From Eledone cirrhosa (taxonomy: Eukaryota), in assembly GCA_964016885.1 (NCBI GenBank), contig OZ024743.1:165416001-165480000 (forward strand): a DNA stretch of 64,000 nt. Direction: 5' to 3'. The translations under genes were made by a program, and so were the position numbers. Of the stretch, positions 47,038-61,620 are shown piece after piece. How positions within the stretch are numbered: position 1 is the first letter of the stretch; every line of letters begins with the position of its first letter. A model generated the notes under the pieces. That model was not told the DNA's origin. It ran no database searches and saw only the letters and a program-made list of their open reading frames with translations.

Positions 47038-47177
47038 ATAAACATTTAAAGAACTTCTATGAGGTTTTGGGTTGCGGGGTTTAATTAAAGAGAGTCTTTT
47101 ATGAAGAAACGTTAATTGTATTATGTAGATCTGTAATTTATCCTAGTGGGATGTAGAGTACGGGATATAGTCGTGTA

Positions 47178-47901
47178 ATATTTATTTTTGTTCTCAGGAG
47201 GAGACATTCTAGTGTCGTGTGCTAATGGGTACAAGTGAGCAAAAGTCCCAATGTGAGGAGTAGAAATACATGGATACATAGAAGTGGAATACGTGAAAGA
47301 GCACATTGGTAAAGCAAAGGTATAAATATATAAACATATCAATATATAGGTATAAATATGTAAATAAACCAACAAGAGTGGTGTTGGAGTAAGATGGAGA
47401 AATCAAGACATAGGAGAATTACAATATAGTTCAGGTTGCAGTATTTATGTTCCCGGGGGGAGACAATCCTGTGTCGTGTGCTAAGGGTACACGCGAGTAA
47501 AAGTCCGAAAAAGGGAAGTAAGAAGTACATGGATGTATAGAGGTTGAGTACGTGGAAAAGCATTAATACAGCAAATAAAGATGTAAAGATATAAATAAAC
47601 AAACAAAAGTCGTTGTCTAGTAAATGGAGAGTTCAAGACAGAGGAGAAATACAATATAGTTCAGGTTGCAGTATTTATGTTCCCAGGGGGATATATTCCA
47701 GTGTCGTGTGCTAAGGGTACACGCGAGTAAAAGTCCGAATAAGGGAAGTAAAAAGTACATGGATGTATAGAAGTAGTATACGTGGAAAAGCATTAATACA
47801 ACAAATAAAGATGTAAAGATATAAATAAACAAACAAGAGTCGTTGTCTATTAAATGGAGAGTTCAAGACACAGGAGAAATACAATATAGTTCAAGTTGCA
47901 G
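47178..47901. repeat. Three tandem ~230-bp units
   Basis: gtgtcgtgtgctaa..gtaca recurs at ~47212, ~47471, ~47701. Confidence 0.9.
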
Positions 47902-48393
47902 TCAGATAATGCATATAGATGTGGAAACAGTGTGTGTTCGAGTCTGGGAATTCAGTGTGAGTTATACATGCCCACAAGTATAGGGTAGCGAATTTAGTTA
48001 ATACAGTGCAGTACAATACATGTTATGGTCTAATCCGTAGAGTTTCGTCGAAGTTCGAATATTCTGAGAGGGAAGTAGCAATGGGCCAGGCGAAAACACC
48101 GAGTAGCCAAAGTTCGAATGGTGGTTAGATATATTAAGTCCCATGCCGCTGTTCATTATTACATTTTGAAGTGCTCAACATTTCAGGAGCATTATTTATT
48201 CAGGTTTGAGGTTCACCACTGTATAGAGCTGGTGTATTCCGTATGGCCAATCGTAATGCAATAATATAGAGAGTACTCAACGTAAAGCAGTTCAACCGTC
48301 TTTGTTTTTGTAGTTGGTGGTGCTATTACGGAGTTAAATATTATAATGAAATGACAGGAGGCTGGATTTGTGTAAATCCTTGAAAGGTTTATT

Positions 48394-48451
48394 ATACTAT
48401 GATCATTTCAATGACCGGGTTCCGTATGAATCCGGTGATATCATCAGGTAT
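48394..48451 (-). ncRNA. Type I hammerhead ribozyme
   Basis: Identical to 45048-45105; 3346 bp apart on the same strand. Confidence 0.85.
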
Positions 48452-48737
48452 TCGAAATATAATACGTGAATGTAATAGATAAAATCCATGGGGCTGAAAA
48501 TCGAGGACCCGAGGGTGACCGCTATTCTGCTCCTTCAACCTCAGCCGGTCGCCCTTTCAAGGATTTACACAAATCCAGCCTCCAGTCATTTCATTATAAT
48601 ATTTAACTCCGTAATAGCACCACCAACTACAAAAACAAAGACGGTGGAACTGCTTTACGTTGAGTACTCTCTATATTATTGCATTACGATTGACCATACG
48701 GAATAGATCAGCTCTATACAGTGGTGAACCTCAAACC

Positions 48738-48833
<96 letters not shown>

Positions 48834-48928
48834 CAATAATGTAGTGATAATATATCGTTACGTTAGAGATGAGCAGCGTACGTGTAGGTTTGCTCAACGA
48901 GTATAAATTATATTCCGGAGAAAATGTA

Positions 48929-50028
48929 GAAAAGATGAATATAAAATGAAAGTGCTTTTTTTAAAAAAAGGGAATTTATTAGGTATTGACATATGTTTCT
49001 GTAACAGACGGAATACCTATGTATCGCTGCTTGCGTAATCATATAATGTTAGCAACTATTCGATAGCAAATGTATAATCAGTTGTAACTTCTTCAGAGAT
49101 TTTGGATAAATTGGATAAAATCAGAAAAATTGAAGTATTTATATTAGTTGTAATAGAGGAAGAAGAGAGGGGGTAGTATATGGCAGATGGTAATGCAATT
49201 TACTGCTAAACAAGTATATAAAGGGTTTCTAATGAGAATACAATGAGTAAATGGTTTATTTTATCTAAATAAGAATTTTTGGGAGTGCCTATTTTCATCT
49301 ATACTTGACCAATTGAACAATGGACAGGGCTGGTCAGTTGGTGTAGTAGTATTAATTATAAAGTGTCAATTGAGGAAGGGGAGATTTCGATTGCTACTGA
49401 ATAACAACAATGCTAGTAGCCAGCTGGTATATGCATTAGGGAATTGAATTAAGAAATCAGAAATCTTATTTTATCTATAGCAGTTTATATTAAATGGTAA
49501 ATAATAGAAGAGTTGATAGAATGAAGACTAATAGAGAATGTTAATATGTATTTTGACAATCAAACGGAGATGGAGACAGGCGTTCAATCCTGGTAGTATT
49601 TGTAATATGAAAATGTAGATTTTAAGCGATGGTTACAGTATAACGATCGCTCTATTCTGTTATTTAATAATATGTTTTTGGATTTCATAATACAAAATAA
49701 TTCCATATTACATAATTTACAAAATTCCTGTCCATGGGAATATATGGGGGGGGGGGGGGGGGGCAGCGCTATTATATCGCATTTTAGGTTAAATTTAACC
49801 TAAAATGCGATATAATAGCAGCTGCCCCTCCATAATCCCACGGACAGGAATTTTGTAAATTATGTAATATGGAATTATTTTGTTAAATTTAACCTATCGA
49901 ATACTTGCTAACATTATATGATTACGCAAGCAGCGATACATAGGTATTCCGTCTGTTACAGAAACATATGTCAATACCTAATAAATTCCCTTTTTTTAAA
50001 AAAAGCACTTTCATTTTATATTCATCTT

Positions 50029-50032
<4 letters not shown>
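48929..50032. repeat. Nested inverted repeats including a spacer-less 52-bp palindrome (49768-49819)
   Basis: 48929-49066 vs 49895-50032; 49695-49740 vs 49835-49882; gctattatatcgcattttaggttaaa|tttaacctaaaatgcgatataatagc. Confidence 0.9.
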
Positions 50033-50082
<50 letters not shown>

Positions 50083-50208
50083 AAGGCTTCTTCGGTTTAT
50101 TTTTTGTAATTCTTCGGCTCTGTTTAATTACATTGAGCTATATCTTATACTGTCATTTTTATAATATGAAGAGGGTGTTTAACTCCAACACACTCTAGTA
50201 TTTTAATT

Positions 50209-50277
<69 letters not shown>

Positions 50278-50321
50278 ATATTAAATAAATGGAAACTATA
50301 TTTATAAAACCATATTTATTC

Positions 50322-50377
50322 TATTATATATATTTCATGGGTACCAAATATTTTGGTACGCTATCATCAGATAAAAT
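50322..50377 (-). ncRNA. Hammerhead-like motif
   Basis: ttttat-CTGATGA-..gtaccaaa/tttggtac..-GAAA-tatatataa; register of stem III/I ambiguous. Confidence 0.6.
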
Positions 50378-51265
50378 ACGAAGTGTGTTTTATAAATGTT
50401 GACATAACCAAAGATAATATACCTTAACGGTTCATGACTATAAAATTGAGTCTTGTTTGCATAATTGCAAACGAATCGAATGTTATTATTAATATTCGAA
50501 AAACTCAGATTATATATATATATATGTGTGTATGTTCCGAAGATATTGTTCTGGTAAAAATAGGAGCAGGCAGTTGAAAGCTCTCAACATTCGTAGTTTG
50601 TAGTTACGATGGAGATTCAGTTTAACAATAACATTAATAAAGATGCTGATGTTATATAAATCGTTTATTAATCATAATTATTTCAACGGTTCTCCCATGC
50701 AATCAAGATGTAATTCATGCATTTGTTGCTGTTATGAGATTAAATTTGATTTCGTCATATGTTCCCGACAGGAAAAAAAAACACCTCCTTCTGCTCGTAC
50801 ATCCATATATATATATGTATGTATATACATATGTATATATGCATATATGTGTATAAAGAAAATATTTATATATATATATGTATATTGTCATTTGCTTATT
50901 GTTTAAATTTCATATAAATCGAAGGGAAAAGATTTTCAGCGGAGGTGTGTCCCCCTGGGGAATCCTTTGATTATAACGAGATATACTTATCCAAGTACCC
51001 TGGGAAATGTAGTTTCAGAATATATATGGTTATGGAGGTCTATCTCCAAAACTATATGAGGTGTTCGTGAACAAAGAAACAGACAGGAACTACAAATTTA
51101 TATATATATGAAATATATAAAAAGGGTACAAAACCAAGTTTTTAGTTTTATTACAAATTTCAAACTCTTTTGTGGATAAACTATGCACAACTAATATAGA
51201 TAACCAATATAATATCTTGGTGTATACACTATACCCTCTCACCTGTTTCAGCCATCCGGCTGAGG

Positions 51266-51357
<92 letters not shown>

Positions 51358-51652
51358 GCGCGTGCATACATAGATACACATATAGGCACATTTCAAGGCC
51401 GGGTTATTAAAATACATGTCTACATCTGACCAGACAGCCGAAAAAAAAAATATTAAGATATAAAAATATACACAAAATATAAACACTGCACGCGCACACG
51501 CACAACCCGTATGTAAAGACAGTGGCGTACAAAAATACATACAATTACATAAAGGCATGTAAACCGACATATATATATATACATACATACACATACATAC
51601 ACATGCATACATACATACATACACGCACACACACACACTCACACATACACAC

Positions 51653-51683
<31 letters not shown>

Positions 51684-51835
51684 CATACACATGTGAGTGA
51701 AGTGACAGCACAATTACGCAAAAACAAATATGTATGTATTGAATCCAAGAATAAATATGTAAATAATAGCGCATAAGCACGCAAATATATTTATAGGAAA
51801 ATACATTTAATTTTGTGGGAAAATTATGACTTGTA

Positions 51836-53240
51836 AAGATCAATGACAAGCGGGTATATGATTTAAAATCTCAACATTTCCTAGGATGTAATTATTATTG
51901 GGAAAGATAAAAATAAAAAGTAAAATATAAAAAAATAAATTTAAGGAAAGGTGGTACAACCATACACATACATTTAAAAGAATAGATCAGAAGTTCTCCA
52001 CTTCTTTGACACAGTTAATATGGTCTCTTAAAAACAAAAACATAGATTACTTCCTAGCTTGGCATAAGCTTGCTAATGCCCTACCATATGTAAATTCTTC
52101 TATTTCTAAAAATGTAATCTCTGTAATTACTGAAATTCTTTATATTATTAGTAATAGAAAATCTATTATTAATAAGCGAACGGAAATTTTCTGTGGCTGC
52201 TTGCACAAGCTCTCTAGATCTTTTCGTAGAATATATAGCTAAATTTATATATTTGTATGGTTGTATCTTAATAAGTGGCACTATATATTTTTTTCCATAA
52301 GATATTCTATATAGATTTGATATTCTCCTATACCTCCTCGACCATTTATCTTTCCAATCACATATTTATTCTACTTTCCATCCTCCGTCACTCCTTATAC
52401 TCTATTTCAATTATAATATATAAGAAAAGCAGACCTTAAACATCCCCCCCCCCCATACGATTATCTGATTGATCCGGTATAACCCTTACGTAATATTTTC
52501 TCACCTACCAAAACATAGGATTGTACTAGATAAATTTAATATAAATAACAAGTTATACAAATTTCTTCTATATCTACAATAAATATATATATATAATGCA
52601 TATCGGTTTTCTATATTACCCATATAATTAAAAATGTGGATTTATTGATATACTTATATTCTAAGCCCCAATAATAAATTTCTTTTCACCTGAAATATTC
52701 ATAAAACCTTATAATTATAATATAATTTTTAAAACTTACCTTATATAAATAATCAAAGTTCTCCCCTTGTTTGTTTATTTACTTATATTTAAATGCTTTT
52801 TTCATTATATATCTAAAATATATCTTCCTATTTTGTCACAATATAATAGAATATATATATGGAACTACGTATATACATATATATAAGCGTATGTGTATGT
52901 GTGTGTATATCAATTTCATAATAAGCTATACACATTTAACGTTTTTTTCCTATCCAATCTAATTACGTTATTTTAAAAGAAACATATGAAGCGTTTAGAT
53001 TGACTGTCTTTATTTTTTATTTTTTACTTTTCATTTTTATCTTGCCCAATAATAATACATCCTAGGAAATTTTGAGATTTTAAATCATATACCCGCTTGT
53101 CATTGATCGGTTAAGATCACTCTGGCGAGTATATCATCAAATATTTTATACATCTCATGTTGTATTTTATCTGAAGAAGGCATGCTCTAATTTATGTTAA
53201 ACATAGAGTTTTGAATCCCCGAAATATATATAATGAAATA
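51836..53240 (+). mobile_element. Decayed Naiad-like PLE 3' end with inverted flank and hammerhead-like motif (53165-53235)
   Basis: LIWSLKNKNIDY..W..L..A.PY...EILYI...IINKRTEIFCGCLH; 51836-51902 inverted vs 53045-53107; ttat-CTGAAGA...GAAA-tatatataa. Confidence 0.72.
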
Positions 53241-53269
53241 AAGTGATGTCATAAAGTTATATCTTTCGA

Positions 53270-56153
53270 TTATTATTATTATTATTGTTCTTTGAGTCTT
53301 AGTCATTGATGTTATTTAACTGGAAAGTTTGTTGAAATGAATATCAAGCTGCTACCTGCAGCCTCAGATATTCAGGACGTATCGGAGGGTTCTTGCTGTT
53401 CCCAGCAAGCATGCCTTTGTAAGTGTTCCAAAAAGCGGGGCTGGACTACTCTTCTTTAACCATCCCTGGAAACTCCTTGAGATAGTACCTAGTGCGCCTA
53501 TGACAATCGGGACCACTTTAACTTCATGGCAGTTCCAAATCCTTTTTACCTCCCACTTTAAGTCCTGGTATCGGTTAATTTTCTCCCTCTCCTTCTCTTG
53601 CACTCTCGTGTCGAATGGGCAGGCCACATCCACAATCAGGCACGATCTTTTTTCCTTTGTCCAAAACCACCGGGTCAGGTCTATTGTGTTTCAGTTTCTT
53701 GTCCGTCTGTATCATAAAATCCCACAGCACCTTCACCTGATCGTTTTCTATCACCGACTCTGGCTTATGCTCATACCACTTCTCAGAATGTGGTAAATTG
53801 TTTACTTTGGATAGGTGCCAGTGGATCACCCTGCCCATCACATCATGTCTCCAGCCTTCATAGTGAGTCTGGGCTAGGTGTTTATACTCGGATACAATGT
53901 GAGTCACAGTCTCCTCTCTCTCTCCACAGATCCTGCACAGTGGGCTAGTCTCCTCCTTGTAAATATGGTGTTTCAGCCACTTCGTTTTGAGGGCCTGCTC
54001 TTGCGCAGCCATTAGCATTCCTTCTGTAGCCTTTTTGAGGTCTCCTCTTTTCAACCAGTTCTATGTCTGTGGACCTCTGAATTCCGTTTTCTCAAAGAAG
54101 GTACAATGAAGGGATTTTTCATGAAGGCTCCTCTTTCTCGTTGTTGTTATTTCCTCCTTGGACATCCCTGGTCTATTGTCCTCTCCTTCAGTACAATTCT
54201 GAGCATTGGCTCCTTACTATCAGTCACGTATTTGTGTGGGTTGTTTTTCTCCATCTGAACACAGTTCTCTATGCTGATAAGATCGCTTCCACCTTCAGAT
54301 CTCCTTAAGTAGAGTCTATCGACATCACTCCTCTTGTGTAACATGTTGTAGATAGTCAATAGCTTCCTAGTCTTCCTATCCATTTCTTTTTGTTCAGCAA
54401 CATTCCATCTCAGAATTCCCGCACTGTACCTAATAATAGACACAGCTCGGGAATTTACTGCACTTATGGCATTCCTACTGTTCAGATGTGACTTTAATAC
54501 GCTCCTTATTCTCCGAATGTATTCAGATCTTATAAACTCCTTCATTTTTTTGTTCTTGATGTCATCAGCCTCCAGAACACCCAAATACTTGTATCCTTCT
54601 TCAGTGTCAATTTCCTTTATCATCTCACCTGTTGGTACCTGGATTCCGTTGCTTCTGCTAATTTACCCCTTTTCATCACAAAGACTCCGGACTTACTAAT
54701 ACCAAATTGCATACATATATCATTGCTGAAAATACGGACAGTGTCAACAAGCACATCCAACTCCTTCTCACTCTTCCCGAAGAGCTTAAGATCGTCCATG
54801 AAGAGGAGGTGATTGATGGTAAGCTCTCCCTTTCCCAACTTGTATCCTGCTCTCACTTTTCGCAGTATATTGGTCAGGGGCATCAAAGCAAGGACAAACA
54901 ACAGAGGGGACACACTATCTCCCTGGAAGATACCTCTCTTGATCTTCACGCCTCCCAAGGATTCTCCAACTGATGTTAACTCTGTTTTCCAGGACTTCAT
55001 ACTTTTGCTCAACAACTGTCTGATGTTATCTGCCACCCTGAAGATCTCTAGGCTTTTGGTGATCCAAGAATGAGGCACCATGTCAAATGCCTTTTTGTAG
55101 TCTATTCATCCCATGGCAAGACCAGTGTGTCTCCTCTTGCAATTCCTCATTACCATCTTATCAATAGGTAACTGGTCTTTTGTACCACGGGACTTCTTTC
55201 GGCATCCTTTCTGTTCGTCCGGTAACAAGTTGTTTGTGTGCAGGTGATGGTAGATTTCCTCAGACACAATGCTTGTCAACAGTTTCCACATTACGGACAG
55301 ACATGTGATAGGTCTATAGTTGGTAACATCATTACCCTTGATTCGGTCTTTCATTACCAGAACTGTGGTACCTTTTGTCAACCACTCTGGTACCTAACCT
55401 GACATCAAGCAGTCATTGAACATGGTTGTCAGTTTCGGGCGGAGGGATGTTATATTTATGATCCAATACCCCTGCACACCATCTGGGTCTGGTGATTTCC
55501 AGTTGGTTAGTTCTTTTGCCTGCCCCTTAAGAGTTTCAACTGTGATACTCAAATCAGTTTGTTGGTGTGCCTATTCACTAATCTCCTTTTGTACTGTCTC
55601 AATCCACACTGCCTGGTCATTATGTTTAACATCCTGCTCCCATATTCCTCTCCAGAATGTCTTAGTTTGTTCCGCCTCAGGGATCAAGTCGTTGCCTCTT
55701 TCTTTCCCTTCAAGCTGTCCAAACAGCATCTTCTGGTTGTTGTCAAACATGAGGCTCTGTCTATACTGACTGACTCTGCTCTAGTATCGCCTAATTTTTG
55801 CACTCTTTGCTACAATACGTTGCTTAAGTTCCTCTATGATAATATTTAGCATTTTCCTCTTAGTTTTGTACTTTATTTCCAATCTATTTTTAGTGTCTAT
55901 GTTTTTTAGTGTCCCATTCAGTAGGGACTCAAGCTTTCCAATGTCATTTCCTGATTTTACCATTCAGTCGTTTCTTCCACCAAGGTTCCGATCTTTCTTT
56001 TTTGTTGTTTCCTCTCGCTTTTATGCCAAGTAATTTCCTCACCGCATTTGCTGTTGCTTTGAGAATATTGTTGCACTGGTGAAGGCTCCTGCCTCAAGGT
56101 ATGGGATGACTTTGTTTACCTTAGCTGTTGTTTCTTTTAACTTTTTCCTGTCT
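53270..56153 (-). mobile_element. R4/Dong-type non-LTR retrotransposon, 5'-truncated, frameshifted
   Basis: YRPITCL, QKGC, IFQGDS, FMDD, YKYLG, CRIC..H, RHD, RPD; (AAT)n tail. Confidence 0.93.
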
Positions 56154-56159
56154 ACTGTT

Positions 56160-56990
56160 ACTATTGTTATTATTATTATTATTATTATTTGCATTTATCT
56201 TGCTTTATGTTTATACGAGTTATTACCAAGTCACAACCAGTGACCTCAAGAGACAACAAGGTCCGCCATGTTCAAGAAAGAACATACATATTCACACATG
56301 CATCCTTAGTGTTTAGACTTGTGATGTACTCATATTGACAGGATCTTCCTTAGTATATGGGCAGTTCCCATTAGTACTATCTTTTGTATTTCTCCTATAC
56401 GCGGGTTTCCTGGGATTTGCGATAAGTAGTCGTTAGACCCCTTAGGTATCATTCCCAGAGCGCCTACAACCACTGGTATTGTTTTAGTTCTCAATTTCCA
56501 CATTTTTCCAATTTCTATCTCCAGGTCCTTATACTTGCTCAATTTTTCAAATGTTTTTATAGATACATTCTTGTCTATTGGAACAGACATATCAATTAGC
56601 AGGCATACCCTCCTTTGAAAGTCCTTCAATATTATATCAGGTTTATTTGCATCTATTTTTCGGTCTGTTTGGATGCTAAAGTTCCACAAGATTGAGATGT
56701 GATCTTTTTCAAGTATGGGAGGTGGTTGATGCTCCCACCAATTCTTTTGATGGGGCAGGTCAAAATGCTTACACATTATCCAATGTATGTATTGTGCAGC
56801 TCTGTTATGCCTGTTTAGGTATTCGGTTGGAGCTATAGGACTGCACATTGAAATTATATGGTCAATGGTCTCTGGTTGTTTTTTGCATACACGGCATAAT
56901 GGGCTGCACCCATTTTTTATTATGTTGGCTTGGTAATTTTTTGTTGGCAGACACTGATCTTGTGCCGATATAATCAGTCCTTCAGTCTTT
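56160..56990 (-). mobile_element. 3' fragment of a second R4/Dong-type family (RLE domain, ORF ends 56330)
   Basis: KTEGLIISAQDQ, CRVC..HIISMC, RHN, KPDI..D, K..KY; own 3' UTR and (AAT)n tail. Confidence 0.92.
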
Positions 56991-56999
56991 CTTCTTCTT

Positions 57000-59900
57000 A
57001 TTATTATTATTATGGTTATTGTTATTCCTTGAATCTCAGTCATTGATGTTGGTTAACTGGAAAGTCCGTTGGAATGAATATCAAGCCACTACCTGCAGCC
57101 TCAGATATTCAGGACGTATCGGAGGGTTCTTGCTGTTCCAAGCAAGCATGCCTTTTGAAGCGTTCCAAAAAGCGTGAAGGGGCCGATTTTCTTTAACCAT
57201 CCCTGGAAACTTTTGGAGATAGTCCCCAGTGCGCCTATGACAATCGGGATCACTTTTACTTCATGGCAGTTCCAAATCCTTTTCACCTCCCACTTTAGGT
57301 CCTGGTATCGGTTAATTTTCTCCCTCTCCTTCTCTTGCACTCTCGTGTCGAACGGGCAGGCCACATCCACAATCAGACACGATCTTCTTTCTTTGTCCAC
57401 AACCACCAGGTCAGGTCTATTGTGTTCCAGTTTTTTGTCCGTCTGTATCCTAAAATCCCACAGCACCTTCACCTGATTGTTCTCCATCACCGCCTCCGGC
57501 CTATGCTCATACCATTTCTCAGAATGTGGTAAATTGTTTACTTTGCACAGGTGCCAGTGGATCACCCTGCCCATCACATCGTGTCTCCAGCCCTTATAGT
57601 GGGTCTGGGCTAGGTGTTTACACTCGGACACAATGTGAGCCACAGTCTCCTCTCTCTCTCCACAGATCCTGCACAGTGGGCTAGCCTCCTCCTTGTAAAT
57701 ATGGTGCTTCAACCACTTCGTTTTGAGGGCCTGCTCCTGCGCAGCCATTAGCATTCCTTCTGTAGCCTTTTTGAGGTCTCCTCTTCTCAACCAGTTCCAT
57801 GTCTGTGGATCTCTAAATTCAGTTTTCTCAAAGAAGGTACTATGAAGGGATTTTCCCTTAAGGCTGCTCTTCCTCCTTGATGTTATTTCCTCCTTGGACA
57901 TCCCCTGGCCTACTGTCCCCTCCTTCAGTACAGCTTTGAGCATTGGCTCCTTACTATAGGTCACGTATTTGTATAGGTTGTTTTTCTTCATCTGAACACA
58001 GTCCTCTATGCTGATAAGACCTCTTCCACCCTCAGATCTCCTTAGGTAGAGTCTATCGACATCACTCCTCTTGTGTAACATGTTGTAGATAGTCAATAGC
58101 TTCCTAGTCTTCCTATCCATTTCTTTTTGTTCAGCAACATTCCATCTCAGAATTCCCGCACTGTACCTAATAATAGACACAGCTCGGGAATTTACTGCGC
58201 TTATGGCATTTCTGCTGTTCAGATGTGACTTCAATACGCTCCTTACTCTCCGAATGTATTCAGTTCTTAACAATTCCTTCATTTTTTTTGTTCTTTATGC
58301 CATCAGCCTCCAGAACGCCCAAATACTTGTATCCTTCCTCAGAGTCAATTTCCTTTATCATCTCACCTGTTGGTATCTGGATCCCGCTACTTCTGCTCAA
58401 CCTACCCCTCCTCATCACAATGACTCCACATTTACCAATACCAAACTGGATACATATATCACTGCTGAAAATACGGACAGCGTCAACAAGCACATCCAAC
58501 TCCTTCTGACTTTTCCCGAAGAGCTTAAGATCGTCCATGAAGAGGAGGTGATTGATGGTAAGCTCTCCCCTTCCCAACTTGTATCCTGCTCTCACTTTTC
58601 GCAGCATAATGGTCAAGGGCATTAGGGCAAGGACAAACAACAGAGGGGACAGGCTATCTCCCTGGAAGATACCTCTCTTGATCTTCACGCTTCCCAAGGA
58701 TACTCCAGTTGATGTCAACTCTGTCTCCCAGGACCCCATACTCCTGCCTAGCAACTGTCTGATGTTATCTGCCACCCTGAAGATCTCCAGGCTTTTGGTG
58801 ATCCAGGAATGAGGCACCATGTCAAATGCCTTTCTGTAGTCTATCCATCCCATGGCAAGATCAGTGTGTCTCCTCCTGCAATTCCCCATTACCATCTTAT
58901 CAATAAGCAACTGGTCCTTTGTACCACGTGACTTCTTTCGGCATCCTTTCTGTTCGTCCGGCAACAAGTTGTTTGTGTGGAGGTGATGGTAGATTTCCTC
59001 AGACACAATGCTCGTCAACAGTTTCCACATTACGGGCAGACATGTGATAGGTCTATAGTTGGTAACATCATTACCCTTGATTCGGTCTTTCATTATCAGA
59101 ACTGTGGTACCTTTTGTCAACCACTCTGGCACCTCACCCGACACCAAGCAGTCATTGAACATGGCCGTCAGCTTCGGGTGGAGGGATGTTAAATGTTTAA
59201 TCCAATACCCCTGCACACCATCTGGGCCTGGTGATTTCCAGTTGGTTAGTTTTTTGGCTTGCCCCTTAAGAGTTTCAACTGTGATACTCAAATCAGTCTG
59301 TTGCTGTGCCTGCTCACCGATCTCCCTCTGTACTGTCTCAATCCACCCTGCCTGGGCATTGTGTCCAACATCCTGCTCCCATATTCCTCTCCAGAATGTT
59401 TTAGCTTGTTCCGCCCCAGGGATCAAGTCGTTGCCTCTTTCTTTCCCCTCAAGCTGTCCAAACAGCATCTTCTGGTTGTTGTCGAATATGCGGTTCTGTT
59501 TATACTGACTGACTCTGTTCTCGTATCGCCTGATTTTGGCACTCTTTGCTACAATGCGTTGCTTCAATTCCTCTATGATAATATTTAGCTTTTTACTCCT
59601 AGTTTTGTATTTTATTTCCAGTCTATTTTTAGTGCCTATGTTTTTTAGTGTCCCATTCAGTAGTGACTCAAGCTTTCCTATGTCATTTCTCATTTCCCCG
59701 ATTTGCCCACTCAGTCGCTTCTTCCACCACGGCTCTGCTCTTTCTTGTCTGTTGTTTCCTCTCGCTTTTATACCAAGTAGTTTCCTCACCGTATTTTCTG
59801 TTGCTTTGAGGATATTGTTGCACTGGTGAAGGCTCCTCGCCTCAAGGTATGGGATGACTTTGTTTACCTTAGCTGTTGTTTCTTTTAACTTTTTCCTGTC

Positions 59901-61550
59901 TACAAATCTTAGGTTCATAGGTCTCCCACTATCATTGTTCAATTCATCTACCACTAAATTTAGGATGTCAACCGAATCTTGTCCTAGCCCGTCAGCATTC
60001 ATCTCCTCAGTGGCCGTATCTCTGTTCCAGGTATTATTTATCTCAGTATTCAGATCATTGTCTGCTTCGGGTGGTTCCTCCGTTCTCAGGACCTCTTCAC
60101 CTTCATTTCCCACTGGCTCGCTTGTCTGGCGTACTACACCCGCCATCTCCAAGCCATTCTCTCTGCTCAGTTCCTCCAGTTCCAGCTCGCTTATCCATCC
60201 ATTAGTTCTTATTACCCGAGCCTACCCGGCCAATTTTTGTTCATCTAATTTAAATAAACCAATCTCGTTCCAGATGTTATGCATCCGTCTCCTGTAGCCC
60301 CTCTCCTTGGGGTTACTTTTCAGGTAACATTGCATAACAGTTCTATTCAATTCTTTCGTCCAGTTGGTTCTGGCCCCTTTCCTTCTTCTCCTTCCTCCAA
60401 CATCAGCAGTATTTGGTTGACAGTCAGGTTCCTGCTGCTGAGCCAGGGGGCACCTGTTGGGTGAGAGTCTGTCACATGACGTTCTAGACTCCATTTCACC
60501 GTTATTCGAACTGTTTATGTTCGATATTTAAACACTCTTATCGAGGATTGGCAAATGTATGGTTACATATCCATCTGTGGTTCCACCATTCCACTTGGCC
60601 CTTGTGTGGCATTATCACCACGCTGTATACGAACACACATAAACAAACAAACACACAGGCAGAAAGGGCCCCAAAAATGAATAAGCATAAGTTTCATTGT
60701 AATGTAGTGTTCGAATGTCTGACCTAGTTTTTGTTTTTTAAGTTTTAGTTTTTCCCCCCTCTTCTCTGTCCGTCCGCCTGCTTCTCTCTTCATTCTTATT
60801 TTCTTTACGTTTTTTGTTTTTTTTTTGTTTGTTTTTGTTTTTGTTTTTCTCTGTTTGTTTTTCTCGTTTTTTTCTGTTGTTGCTGTGCTGCTTTGGTTTT
60901 GTTGTTTATTTTTTCTTTTTTCTTTTGAGTCTATCTATATATTTTGATGCCTTCCTCTTTTTTAGCAGTAGGGATTCTATAATGTGGTGGCAGCAGCCAG
61001 CTAAAAGAAGAAGTGGGAGACTGGCGGCGGTAGCGATACTGAGACAGTGGCGGTGGTGATGTCGATACCGAGGCAGTGGTGGCGGTGATGTGACCGTATT
61101 ACTGTAGTGATGGTGCTGTAGCGGTGGCAGCAGTGAAGGAGTGAAGGGGTGGTGGCGGCGGTGATGGGATAATGGTTGTAATGATGGCCGTAGTGATCGG
61201 TGGTGGTTTAGTGTACACAGGTGATAGGGTGGGTGGTGTATCTAGTTTCTGGTGTTGGTGAGTTTGGCTGTTCTATATAGTGTATACAGAGGAGGAGGGG
61301 GGGGTTCTTCTTCCATTTATAGCCATTTTCTTTTTTGGATATACAGTGTACAATACAAAGTTGAATATTTGAATATTTGAGCCTTATAACAATATATTTT
61401 GGGTCCGAATTTTTTGGGGCTCAAGCCGGGTGCTTTACGTAGCATTTGTACTAAGAGTTGTTATTTCACAAATGGTTTAAATATGTTAAAAATTCAAAAC
61501 TTACGGGAGCGATTTCATGACCTCCGTCACCTCGTGCGTCTTCTGCCCTT
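57000..61550 (-). mobile_element. Full-length-like R4/Dong-type retrotransposon
   Basis: Leader, single long ORF region 57101-60494, short 3' UTR, bounded by (AAT)/(AAG) microsatellites. Confidence 0.9.
57101..60494 (-). pseudogene. RT + CCHC + restriction-like (PD..D) endonuclease, ~1130 codons, one stop and one frameshift
   Basis: ORFs 60222..60494 and 58260..60152 are in frame across a TAG; frameshift in a homopolymer run near 58285 to 57101..58282; WKSPGPDG, QGDSLSP, FMDD, RPDLVVVD. Confidence 0.95.
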
Positions 61551-61572
61551 CTTCTTCTTCTTCTTCTTCTTC

Positions 61573-61619
<47 letters not shown>

Positions 61620-61620
61620 G
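61549..61620. repeat. (TTC)n(TTA)n microsatellite between tandem Dong-type copies
   Basis: Direct inspection. Confidence 0.95.

Larger units (their letters stand above)
44995..48740 (-). mobile_element. ORF-less hammerhead-flanked element, copy B, with ~215-bp direct terminal repeats and an inverted extension
   Basis: 44995-45210 matches 48340-48555, each with a hammerhead; 48555-48740 is an inverted copy of ~48195-48385. Confidence 0.85.

Noticed and set aside
45665-47901. CRISPR-like array
   Set aside because: Whole units repeat with no unique spacers; eukaryotic context
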